A DNA stretch of 64,000 nucleotides from the IMG/VR virus record IMGVR_UViG_3300025121_000014, positions 1 to 64,000 of that record; one strand, 5' to 3'. The notes beneath the pieces were generated by a model. It was not told the DNA's origin and did not search any database. It saw only the letters and a list, made by a program, of their open reading frames with translations. The position numbers and the translations under genes are program-made. This document shows, one piece after another, positions 49,540 through 58,886 of this stretch; the first letter of the stretch is position 1; the number at the start of each line of letters is the position of its first letter. This stretch comes from a virus. Lineage: Duplodnaviria; Caudoviricetes.

Positions 49540-50050
49540 AGAATTTTTTGATAAAGAAAAATTAGATAAAATACCAAATCAATATTTAAATACAATTAAT
49601 GAAAATGTAAAAAATGTTCTTCTACCTAAATCAGATGATGAAATTAAAAAAGAATTATCTAAATTAGATGTATACGATAGAATAGAAGTTATTACTAAAA
49701 ATAATTTATCACCAGAATATTTACCATCAAAAGAAGAAATTGCAAAAGCACATGAAGAAAAATATAATTCATATAGCGATAAATGGTCAAAAGGATATTT
49801 TAATACTGAAACACTTAAAGTTAAAACACCATATTGGAATATTTATATTCCAAAATGTAAAAGTTGTGATGAAGTTACCGAATTAAAAAATTGTTTTATA
49901 GACAGACAAATGATAGGAAATGTTTATCAAACATTATGTAATTGTAGTAAATGTAATAAATATATATTACTTGACGAAGACAAATATGATGATTTAATGA
50001 GATATATAGAAAATAATAAAGAAGTAAAAGGAAATAATGATAAACTATAA
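49517..50050 (+). CDS. CTS/module protein with Zn-ribbon cargo
   Basis: ENVKNVLLPKSDDEI; CKSC...CNCSKC. Confidence 0.6.
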   Translation: MKHIKIFKEFFDKEKLDKIPNQYLNTINENVKNVLLPKSDDEIKKELSKLDVYDRIEVITKNNLSPEYLPSKEEIAKAHEEKYNSYSDKWSKGYFNTETLKVKTPYWNIYIPKCKSCDEVTELKNCFIDRQMIGNVYQTLCNCSKCNKYILLDEDKYDDLMRYIENNKEVKGNNDKL

Positions 50051-50084
50051 AAGGTTTAAATAAATTAAAATATTAGTATAGTTA

Positions 50085-51140
50085 ATGAATACATTTAAAC
50101 AATTTAATGAAAATATAAGAGATGTTCTTTTACCTAAAAGTAAAGAAGAAATTGGTAAAGCATTACAAAGATTTACAAATAATGATGATTTAATAAGATA
50201 TATAATAAAATATAAATTGCCATATGAATTTTTACCTAGAAATGAAGAAGGTAGATGTGTTATTAATAAAAATCTTTATTATGCTTCTTCAAATATTGAA
50301 ATATTACCGGATAATTTTACTGTTAATGGTATGTTAGATATATCATATTCTTCAATAAAAGAATTACCAGATGGTTTAATAGTTAGAGATGATTTATGGT
50401 GTTTAGATACAGATATAACTAAATTAAAAGATGATACAATAATTGGAGGTAAAACATTCTTTAAAACAACTTATAAAGTATATGAAAGTGTAAAAAATGT
50501 TCTTCTACCTAAATCAATTGATAAAATTAAAGATGCAATGAAAGGTAAAAATATTTATTCTAAAATATATACAATTAAAAATACACCAGATTTAGAAAAA
50601 ATTTTTAGATATCCATCTAAAAAAAAATTATATGATGTAATAAATAAACCATTTGAAAATTATGAACAAGTTTATAAAGATATAATAGATGATAAAAAAA
50701 TCAAATTTAGTAAAGTAAGAATGAATGATGTAGAATATTTTCAGTTATATCAATTAATAGTTGATTATATTAAAGTAATATGTAACACCGAAAAAAAAAT
50801 ATTTGAATTTGCACCTAATACACATGTTATTAGAGTTTTTGGTGTAATTTTAAATCATTTGGAATCTGAATATATATTTAAACCTGTTTATAAGGAAAAC
50901 GGATTTGATATTTTTAAATTAGCAAAAAAAATTTTTAATAGAGATTTATTATTGCAAAACGGTCATATAGAAGTAAATGATGCCTATAAAAAATATACAA
51001 AAAGTCAAATTAGAATAGATATTAATTCAATTAACTATAAATTTAGTGATATAACTTCACCATATTGGTCAAATTTACATGGTTGGGAGATAGAAAGAAA
51101 ATATGTTAAGAAACACGAAAGAAAATTCGGTAAAACATAA
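50085..51140 (+). CDS. CTS-bearing two-module polyprotein with LRR-like block
   Basis: ENIRDVLLPKS and ESVKNVLLPKS. Confidence 0.65.
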   Translation: MNTFKQFNENIRDVLLPKSKEEIGKALQRFTNNDDLIRYIIKYKLPYEFLPRNEEGRCVINKNLYYASSNIEILPDNFTVNGMLDISYSSIKELPDGLIVRDDLWCLDTDITKLKDDTIIGGKTFFKTTYKVYESVKNVLLPKSIDKIKDAMKGKNIYSKIYTIKNTPDLEKIFRYPSKKKLYDVINKPFENYEQVYKDIIDDKKIKFSKVRMNDVEYFQLYQLIVDYIKVICNTEKKIFEFAPNTHVIRVFGVILNHLESEYIFKPVYKENGFDIFKLAKKIFNRDLLLQNGHIEVNDAYKKYTKSQIRIDINSINYKFSDITSPYWSNLHGWEIERKYVKKHERKFGKT

Positions 51141-51172
51141 TTAATATATAAATAAAAAATAATTGTGTTTTA

Positions 51173-51565
51173 ATGAAAAATATCAAAAACTTTGACAAAT
51201 TTATAAGTGAAAGTATTACTAATTTATTAACGTCTAAACCAAACGATGAAATCATTAAAAAACCTATAGGATATATGACATATAGAATATTAAAATTCGT
51301 TAGTGAACATCCAGAAGGTATTAGACGTAAAGATTTAATAAAAATGATATTTGATATAAAATACGAAGACACTTTAATAACTTATGATACAAGTAAACAT
51401 TCTAGGTTTTATAGTAGTTTCTTTTCTAATACTAATTTATTAAATAAAACAGGTAAAGGAAATAATGCTAAATGGTATATAAACGCAAATGGTTTAGATA
51501 AATTAAAATATTATGAAAAAAAATTTAAAGATTATGATATTGAAAAAATTAAAAAAATAATTTAA
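51173..51565 (+). CDS. CTS/module protein with winged-helix-like cargo
   Basis: ESITNLLTSKP; RILKFVSEHPEGIRRKDLIKMIF. Confidence 0.55.
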   Translation: MKNIKNFDKFISESITNLLTSKPNDEIIKKPIGYMTYRILKFVSEHPEGIRRKDLIKMIFDIKYEDTLITYDTSKHSRFYSSFFSNTNLLNKTGKGNNAKWYINANGLDKLKYYEKKFKDYDIEKIKKII

Positions 51566-51570
51566 ATATT

Positions 51571-53079
51571 ATGTTACTTAAAAAATATAATGATTTTATG
51601 ATTGACAAATTACTTTTAGAATCATTAAATGAATTTAAATTTATTTTATCAGGTCGTTTAAAAAATATATTAAAAAATATAAATAGTGAAATATCTGATG
51701 CATTACTAGCATTACATAATGATGATGATTATAAAAGTAAAAAAACGTTTATAGATATTAATGAAAGAGATGATGAAACTTTAACATTAATTCAAGCAAA
51801 TAAAGCTACTGAAATATTAAAAATAGATAATCAAGAATATTTAGATAATAATCCTTATTCAATACAGCGATATAAAAAATTAAAATCTGATCATGATGTA
51901 TATAATAAACATAGAATATCCGTAAGAGTAGGTCGTTTAATTAATTATTTATTTCCTAATAGATTTCCTAGTGCTTCACCAACAGATATTACCAAAAAAT
52001 CAAAAGATATTGAAAATTTTGTTAGAATGTATAAATCTATTGTTTTTCAAAACGAAAGATTTAAATTATTAGATTTGGTAAATGGTGATAATATATCATA
52101 CTGGTATGATTGTAATAATTATGATAGTAGTGATTCTGGATCATTAGGTAGTTCTTGTATGGCAAGTGTATATGAAGAATATTTTGAAATATATGTTAAT
52201 AATCCAAATACTATACAATTATTAATATTATATTCTGATAATTCTAAATCATATATATCTGGAAGAGCCTTAGTTTGGACATTATATGAACCAGAAAATG
52301 GTAGAAAATATATGGATAGAATTTATACAAATGATAGTTCAGATGAACAAGTATTTATTGATTATGCTAAAGAAAATGGTTGGTTATTTAGATCATCACA
52401 AGGTTGGAATAATACTGATATTGTTGATTCATTAACAAATCAAACTATTAATACGAATTTAATGGTTCGTACAACTAAAGACGATTATAGTTATTATCCT
52501 TGGATGGATACTATGTGTTATTATAGTCCGGAACTTGGAATTTTATCTAATAAATCAAATAATTTACGACTATATCTGCAATCACAAGATGGTTCAAGTT
52601 CAACAAATAGTGATTATTATGAAAATGAAGATGATACTTATATATTTAGTAAATATGAAGGGGAAGATATACTTCGAAGAACCGCAGTATATTGTTATTA
52701 TGGAGATGATTGGGTTCATACATCAGTAGCCAAAAGAGTATTTAATGCGGGATTAGTAACAAATCCAGATGGGACTAATAGAATTTATTCTATTCCTGTA
52801 CATCCTGATGTTGTTAGATCATATATTCCTGATATTAATTATGATAAACATTTTCCAAAGAAAAAATGTATTTGGTCAATTTATTTAAATGCTTGGATTT
52901 TTAAAGATAGTAAAGTAAAAATATATCTAGATGTAAATAGAGAAAAATTTGGATATGACCACAAAAAACGTAAAGATATAAATTTTGGAAAAGTAGGTAG
53001 AGTTCATTATGTAATTGAATTACTTGAAAAAAATGAAAATGATCAATGGAAATTAAAAAAAGAAAATGAAAAAGTTTAA
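51571..53079 (+). CDS. CTS-bearing conserved phage protein (SCM...GRALVW...MDRIY family)
   Basis: LLESLNE; GSLGSSCM, GRALVW, YMDRIYT, YPWMDT. Confidence 0.6.
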   Translation: MLLKKYNDFMIDKLLLESLNEFKFILSGRLKNILKNINSEISDALLALHNDDDYKSKKTFIDINERDDETLTLIQANKATEILKIDNQEYLDNNPYSIQRYKKLKSDHDVYNKHRISVRVGRLINYLFPNRFPSASPTDITKKSKDIENFVRMYKSIVFQNERFKLLDLVNGDNISYWYDCNNYDSSDSGSLGSSCMASVYEEYFEIYVNNPNTIQLLILYSDNSKSYISGRALVWTLYEPENGRKYMDRIYTNDSSDEQVFIDYAKENGWLFRSSQGWNNTDIVDSLTNQTINTNLMVRTTKDDYSYYPWMDTMCYYSPELGILSNKSNNLRLYLQSQDGSSSTNSDYYENEDDTYIFSKYEGEDILRRTAVYCYYGDDWVHTSVAKRVFNAGLVTNPDGTNRIYSIPVHPDVVRSYIPDINYDKHFPKKKCIWSIYLNAWIFKDSKVKIYLDVNREKFGYDHKKRKDINFGKVGRVHYVIELLEKNENDQWKLKKENEKV

Positions 53080-53098
53080 ATAATTTATAAATGAAAAT
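53066..53098 (+). pseudogene. Decayed copy of the CTS-coding cassette
   Basis: ATGAAAAAGTTTAAATAATTTATAAATGAAAAT vs ATGAAAAAGTTTAAACAATTCATAAATGAAAAT at 53404 (CAA to TAA). Confidence 0.65.
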
Positions 53099-53140
53099 TT
53101 AAAATATAATAAGTATAACTTAAAAATAAATGAAAAATAA

Positions 53141-53395
53141 ATGAAAAGCATAAAAAAATTTAATAATTTCTTAAATGAAGGATTAAGCACAAGTAATAAA
53201 TTAGAAATAAAATATGTTAATATACATGGTGAAGAAATGATATTAAAATATGATGGAGTAGAAAGTACATTTTTTCATAGTGACATAACTGACATACCTA
53301 TTCCCTTACGATCTACTACTTTAGATGATTTTATTTTAAATAATGAAGAACAAAAAGTAATTGATTGTTTTTTATCTTTAGTGGATATAAATTAA
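53141..53395 (+). CDS. CTS-bearing small protein
   Basis: MKSIKKFNNFLNEG. Confidence 0.6.
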   Translation: MKSIKKFNNFLNEGLSTSNKLEIKYVNIHGEEMILKYDGVESTFFHSDITDIPIPLRSTTLDDFILNNEEQKVIDCFLSLVDIN

Positions 53396-53403
53396 AAAAG
53401 AAA

Positions 53404-53934
53404 ATGAAAAAGTTTAAACAATTCATAAATGAAAATATTAAAGATTTACTTAAAGGTAAAACAGAAGAAGAAATAAATAAAAATATAATTAATTTAAGTT
53501 CTTATGAAAAATTAAAATTAGCAAAAAAATATGAATTTAAATTATCAGATGTCGATGAAAAAGATGCTATTAAATCTGCGCTTATATATAATCCTGAAGA
53601 ATTAATTTTAGATTTAAAATATGATTATGATGATTTATCTAAAATAGTTTCTGATGAAGAAATTAAAAAAGGATTAAAAAGTATTACAAAACGTTTATTT
53701 AACATTATGAAAGGTAATAACAGAGAAAATGCATTTGAAGAATTAGAAAAAGTAGTATTTTATCTTTTTAAAAATGGATATCTATATGATAACACAGATA
53801 CACTTGGTAATTTATGGTTTAAACATAAAACATATGATAAATATAAAGGTGGTAGCACTACTTGGAATGGATATAATACATTAAGTGATGCGATAGATTA
53901 TGTTACTAGGATGCAAAAATTAAATAATTCATAA
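53404..53934 (+). CDS. CTS/DLL-KS module protein (true start 53404; ORF track 53365)
   Basis: MKKFKQFINENIKDLLKGKTEEEI. Confidence 0.65.
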   Translation: MKKFKQFINENIKDLLKGKTEEEINKNIINLSSYEKLKLAKKYEFKLSDVDEKDAIKSALIYNPEELILDLKYDYDDLSKIVSDEEIKKGLKSITKRLFNIMKGNNRENAFEELEKVVFYLFKNGYLYDNTDTLGNLWFKHKTYDKYKGGSTTWNGYNTLSDAIDYVTRMQKLNNS

Positions 53935-53981
53935 ACGATAATATTAATAATTCATTTAATCTACATTTTTTAATATATAAT

Positions 53982-54104
53982 AATAAAAAATATTGTAAAG
54001 ATAATAATATAAATCTTTTAAGAATTAAATATGATGAAAATATAAAAGAAAAATTAAATATTGTTTTAAAAACAAAAAAAACAAAAAAGATAAAAAATGA
54101 GTAA
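53982..54104 (+). pseudogene. 3' relic of a DUF559-type homing endonuclease
   Basis: KYCKDNNINLLRIKYDENIKEKL matches the C-termini of 42670-43182 and 58887-59858; no start or core. Confidence 0.65.
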
Positions 54105-55413
54105 AATGATTAAATTAGATAACAAAATAACAGAAGAAGAATTTATACAAAGTTTATCTGATAAAGAACTTATCATCTATGAAGATATCCAGGGATCGAA
54201 AGTTTACGTGAAGTTTGATGGAGATAGATTTATTATAAAACCACGAAGTTTTAAAAATGAAGAATTAAATTTTGTAGATTTAGCAGTACAACGCTATTAT
54301 AATATGATTTTCGCGTTCTTCCATTCACTTCCACGATATATTACAGATATTATAAATAGAAACTGGTGGTTCTGCTTTCAGTATCTTTACGATGAATCTG
54401 GAAGCCATACTAAATATAATAAAATACCTAAAAATAATTTAATATTAACATCAATAGTAAAAGGTAGTAAACATAAATTTAATTATGATGAAATAGTAGA
54501 ATATTCTAATTTATTTGATGTTGAACCATTACCTGTAATTTTTAAAGGTGAACTATTACCAAAACAATTAGAAGTTATTGCATTATTTTTAAAATCAAGT
54601 GTAGAAGATTTAAAATTTGTATTTGGTGATGATAATTTTGCAAAATTTTTCTATAATATTTTAAATGTTAAAATAGAAAATTCTTTTTTAATGGATAATA
54701 ATTTTAATGATAATTTAGAAAAAATTATTATTAGAATTGACGGTGATGATAGATTTTCATTTGAAATATTGAACCCGTTATTTAAGAAAAATTTAAGTGA
54801 TAATGCAACTGAATATGCACAAATATTTAGTTTAATTATTGTTAACTTTTTAGAATTTTTACAATTAAAAAATATTAAAAAATATAAACCAAAAGGATTA
54901 ACAAAAGATGAAATGTATATTAATTTAATATCTATAATTTTTAATGAATATATGGATAATATTAAAGATGATATTAAAGATTGGGAAATATCTATTCCTA
55001 AATTTATTAAAGATGATAAATTTAAATTAAATACAAATTTAATTAGAAATAAAATAACAAAAGAATATGTTCAATCTAGTGAAAAAATAGAATATCTTTT
55101 TAAAATAATTCTTGGAAATTTTAATAGGTATCGTAATGAGAATAAGATTATGGGTGTCTTTACAGAAAAAACTGTTGAATTACTTAACAAAAAAGTTGAA
55201 GAAATTAATAAATATTTAGAAGAACAACTTAAAATATACAGAGATTACCGCTTCCAACAGATTGATTTGCTGAACTTTAGGGATTACTTTGATTTAAAAT
55301 TTGATAAAGATGCTTCGGGAACCATATATCCAGATATTTCGGTCGAATTTGAAGATGAACAAGAAACTGAAACAAGTAAAAAGGGAAAGAAAGGTAAGTG
55401 GGAAAAAAAATGA
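54097..55413 (+). CDS. RNA-ligase(Rnl2)-like fold protein lacking the adenylated Lys
   Basis: YEDIQGS in place of EKxxG; LP.IFKG, EKIIIRI, FEILNP.F. Confidence 0.4.
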   Translation: MSKMIKLDNKITEEEFIQSLSDKELIIYEDIQGSKVYVKFDGDRFIIKPRSFKNEELNFVDLAVQRYYNMIFAFFHSLPRYITDIINRNWWFCFQYLYDESGSHTKYNKIPKNNLILTSIVKGSKHKFNYDEIVEYSNLFDVEPLPVIFKGELLPKQLEVIALFLKSSVEDLKFVFGDDNFAKFFYNILNVKIENSFLMDNNFNDNLEKIIIRIDGDDRFSFEILNPLFKKNLSDNATEYAQIFSLIIVNFLEFLQLKNIKKYKPKGLTKDEMYINLISIIFNEYMDNIKDDIKDWEISIPKFIKDDKFKLNTNLIRNKITKEYVQSSEKIEYLFKIILGNFNRYRNENKIMGVFTEKTVELLNKKVEEINKYLEEQLKIYRDYRFQQIDLLNFRDYFDLKFDKDASGTIYPDISVEFEDEQETETSKKGKKGKWEKK

Positions 55414-55595
55414 TAATTTTAAAAATTATCTTTTAAGTTAATACCCCTTTTAATCAAATCATCTTTTATTAAATTTTCAATATATTTTGATTTAGTACTA
55501 TAATACCCATTTAGATAATATTAATGTATATACGATAGAAAACATTTGTAAATTAACAGATGAAGAAGAATTTATAAGTTATAAAAATTTTATTT

Positions 55596-55619
55596 AAATT
55601 GTTCCACGTGGAACAATTT
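55596..55619. promoter_or_regulatory. parS-type palindrome (24-bp perfect)
   Basis: AAATTGTTCCACGTGGAACAATTT, intergenic. Confidence 0.85.
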
Positions 55620-55620
55620 T

Positions 55621-55650
55621 AAAAAGGTCAGTTCAATTCTGACCTTTTTT
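55621..55650. terminator. Rho-independent (bidirectional) terminator
   Basis: AAAAAGGTCAG-N7-CTGACCTTTTT. Confidence 0.8.
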
Positions 55651-55702
55651 GTTTATGCTAATTTTAAATTTAATATATAGAAATAAATTTAAAATATTTT
55701 AA

Positions 55703-57100
55703 ATGTCAAATCAAACAATTAGGATAGCAGAGATACTTAAAAACCTTAATTTATCAAATGTAAATATACCATATGATTCATATTCTTTAACAAAGTTGAA
55801 ATTAAATACAACTACAACAACAAGAACTATAAAATATGGATTTTTAGGTGATGATATAACATTCTTATTATTAAAAATTACTTATGATGATCAAAATCCG
55901 TTTTCCATAATTGAAGAAAATCAAAATATAGAATATTGGTTTGAAGATGAACCAACAATAATAAGAAAAGCACATAAACTATTACTTTTTACAGGAAATT
56001 CAACACATAGAATTCCACAAATTTATTTAAAAAATACTAGTGGATTAAAAGTTGATATTGATATTTTAATGGCTAATTTATCACAATCAGATATAGATAT
56101 TTTAACATTCCCTAATAAAATTATTACATATTCAGGATTATATTATAATTCCATTCGTTCAAATACATATTGGAATGCAACCGCAAATGTTAGTGGATCG
56201 TCACAATTTGAAATATATGATTTAGATGATGTTAGATTATTATCATTACCTTATTTAGATTTACCAACATTCAATTTAAGTGGTAAAAAAATTACTATAA
56301 TATTAACAGGTACAACATATATTTTAGATTTTGTTAATGAATTTGAAATGTATCAAGCAAATAGTAGAATGTTATGGGTTATGGAAGAAGAATATATTAG
56401 ATATTTATCTAAAACTAATCCTACATTAGATATTATTGAACCTACATTTATTTTAAATAATAATATAACTCCATTAGATTTAACTGGTAATACATATATT
56501 TATCAATATATTACAGGAACTACAATAATTAAAGACGATATATTATTCCACTTTATAAGCGGAATTATAGATAATAGAGATGGTATTATAAATATAAGTG
56601 GATGTACTGTTGAAATTTATGATAGTAATATGGTTTCATTAACTGGCATTACAGAAAGTGGTGATTATAATATTATAATTTATATAAAAGATAATGCTAA
56701 TAATATCATATTAGTAAATTATATTTTAAAAGTAGGTGCATATGTTATTATTGTAGAAAACGAAACATATATATTACCTACTGAAAATACTGAATTAAGT
56801 GTTATATATAGTGGTAGTGAAAATACAACATCTAATTTAGTTATAAGTGGAACAACAATAATAATATCTAATTCTGGTGGTAGTTTTGTTTGGGATTTAG
56901 GTGGTATTGATCAACATATATTTACATATATCGGAGAAACTATAATAGTTACTATTTCTAGTATAAACTATACTATTACTTGGAATGGATATGGTAGTTT
57001 AGTATTTAATTTAAAAATGATTACTGACTGGTTATTGAGTTCTGGTTATTGGGATAGTTCTAAAATTTGGGATAGTGACGAATATTGGATTAGTGCTTAA
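55703..57100 (+). CDS. Virion structural protein, paralog of 59847-61565
   Basis: Shared FLLLKITYD, HKLLLFTGNSTHRIPQIYL, EFEMYQA.SR.LWV, GI.DNRDG, NSGGSFVWDLGG; late promoter. Confidence 0.6.
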   Translation: MSNQTIRIAEILKNLNLSNVNIPYDSYSLTKLKLNTTTTTRTIKYGFLGDDITFLLLKITYDDQNPFSIIEENQNIEYWFEDEPTIIRKAHKLLLFTGNSTHRIPQIYLKNTSGLKVDIDILMANLSQSDIDILTFPNKIITYSGLYYNSIRSNTYWNATANVSGSSQFEIYDLDDVRLLSLPYLDLPTFNLSGKKITIILTGTTYILDFVNEFEMYQANSRMLWVMEEEYIRYLSKTNPTLDIIEPTFILNNNITPLDLTGNTYIYQYITGTTIIKDDILFHFISGIIDNRDGIINISGCTVEIYDSNMVSLTGITESGDYNIIIYIKDNANNIILVNYILKVGAYVIIVENETYILPTENTELSVIYSGSENTTSNLVISGTTIIISNSGGSFVWDLGGIDQHIFTYIGETIIVTISSINYTITWNGYGSLVFNLKMITDWLLSSGYWDSSKIWDSDEYWISA

Positions 57101-57143
57101 ACTACAACCAAATTAAAAATAATATAAAAAAAAATAAAATAAA

Positions 57144-58661
57144 ATGGCAAAAATAAATCAATTCGTAGATGGTGAAATAGGTTCATCTATATTATCTAAA
57201 ATAAATGAAGCAATGAAAACTGTCGAAATATCTGGTGATGTTTTATCAGGAGATGGGACTAGTGGAAATACACTTACGGCGGATTCTTATACAAAATCTT
57301 ATATAGATAATGTATTAACTGTATCTGGCGGAACAACATATACTAGTGGAAATGGAATTACAGTAACAGGAACAACTATTAATTTGGGTGGCACATTAGA
57401 TGAAGGATCAACATATATATTAGGACAATCTTTTAATAGTTCTTTAATTATAGGTGATGAAATAAATGCAAGTCAAAGGTTAAGTTATTTTAATGTAATT
57501 ACTGATCAAAATGATATTAGTTATCAAAAATTAACTCTAGATGAATCTGGTGTTAAATTAACAGATATAGATTTATCTAGTGATGAATATAGTCGGTTAA
57601 CAGTTAAAGATCACGGAATTTATGCAAATACATCTAAAATAATAGGAATTAAACCTAATTTTCAAATTGGTGAGTCTTCATCTAGCACTAGATTTAGAAA
57701 TTTTAATTTTTATGGAACTTTAGTTGGTGGTGATTTATATGTTGATTTTGGAACAGATGAAAATGCTGAATCATTTTATGTTAAATCTGGAAATAATATA
57801 AATTTTAATGATAAAAAATCTAGCTTGGAAATGCTAATTGATGAATTAACATTATCAGTAAGTAATTTAACATCAGAAAATAGAGTTACTTTAGCTTTTC
57901 ATGAAACTAGTCTAGATATATATACTAATAGTGGTACTACATTCGGTGGTATAAAATATCTATATGATTATTCTGATAATTATACAAACAGATCTTTAGT
58001 AGATAAATCTTATGTAGATACTGCTATTTTTAATTCTGGTGGAACTTCATATACTAGTGGAAATGGAATTACAGTAACAGGAACAACTATTAATTTGGGT
58101 GGTGATTTAACAGCAAATACTATAATAGAATTAACGGGAAATGAGTATACATTAATAATACATACTATAGTAGATCAGTATTATACCAAGTTTAGAGCTG
58201 GTGAAATTGATGTATCGTCTGATGATGAATCACTTAAAGCAGTACATAATATATTAGGATTTTATGTACAAAGTAATAATTATAATATTCAAATAAACAA
58301 TAACCAGATACAATTTGGTAATAATTATACTAGTTATTTAACTACGAATATAAATTCTAGTTCTATTATTGTTAATAGTGGTAATCCTACTTTTTCGGGA
58401 TTGACGTATTCATCAGATTATTCTGCTAATTATACAAATAGAAGTTTAGTAGATAAATCTTATGTAGATAGTTATTATATATCTGGATTTACAGATGATA
58501 TTCCAACAAATGCAGAAATAGTAGCAGTATTAGGAACAGCTTCATCTAAAGGTGCAGGTTTTAAAGCAACTCTTAAAGATAATACAGGTACATCATTGAC
58601 ATATTTTGTTGTATCTGATGGTACTGATTGGTATTATTATACAGGAACAAAAGCGGTATAA
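57144..58661 (+). CDS. Tail-fibre-like protein with duplicated modules
   Basis: S/T/G-rich; two YTSGNGITVTGTTINLGG and two YS.NYTNRSLVDKSYVD units. Confidence 0.6.
   Translation: MAKINQFVDGEIGSSILSKINEAMKTVEISGDVLSGDGTSGNTLTADSYTKSYIDNVLTVSGGTTYTSGNGITVTGTTINLGGTLDEGSTYILGQSFNSSLIIGDEINASQRLSYFNVITDQNDISYQKLTLDESGVKLTDIDLSSDEYSRLTVKDHGIYANTSKIIGIKPNFQIGESSSSTRFRNFNFYGTLVGGDLYVDFGTDENAESFYVKSGNNINFNDKKSSLEMLIDELTLSVSNLTSENRVTLAFHETSLDIYTNSGTTFGGIKYLYDYSDNYTNRSLVDKSYVDTAIFNSGGTSYTSGNGITVTGTTINLGGDLTANTIIELTGNEYTLIIHTIVDQYYTKFRAGEIDVSSDDESLKAVHNILGFYVQSNNYNIQINNNQIQFGNNYTSYLTTNINSSSIIVNSGNPTFSGLTYSSDYSANYTNRSLVDKSYVDSYYISGFTDDIPTNAEIVAVLGTASSKGAGFKATLKDNTGTSLTYFVVSDGTDWYYYTGTKAV
57337..58102 (+). 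repeat. 55-bp exact direct repeat (57337-57391 and 58048-58102)
   Basis: CATATACTAGTGGAAATGGAATTACAGTAACAGGAACAACTATTAATTTGGGTGG. Confidence 0.85.
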
Positions 58662-58886
58662 AATAAAAATTATAATATAATTATATTTAATATATAGAAT
58701 ATAAAAATACATATGTAAATATAAGTGATATTACAGATAATTTTTCAAATTAATGATGTATGGAATAATATTGAAGAAAATCCAAAAATTGATTTAAGAT
58801 TTACAAATATAAATCCTATATATTTAGTTAATCTTGGTGAAATGGTAGATGCCGATTTATTAACAGACACATTTAATAATAGTATT

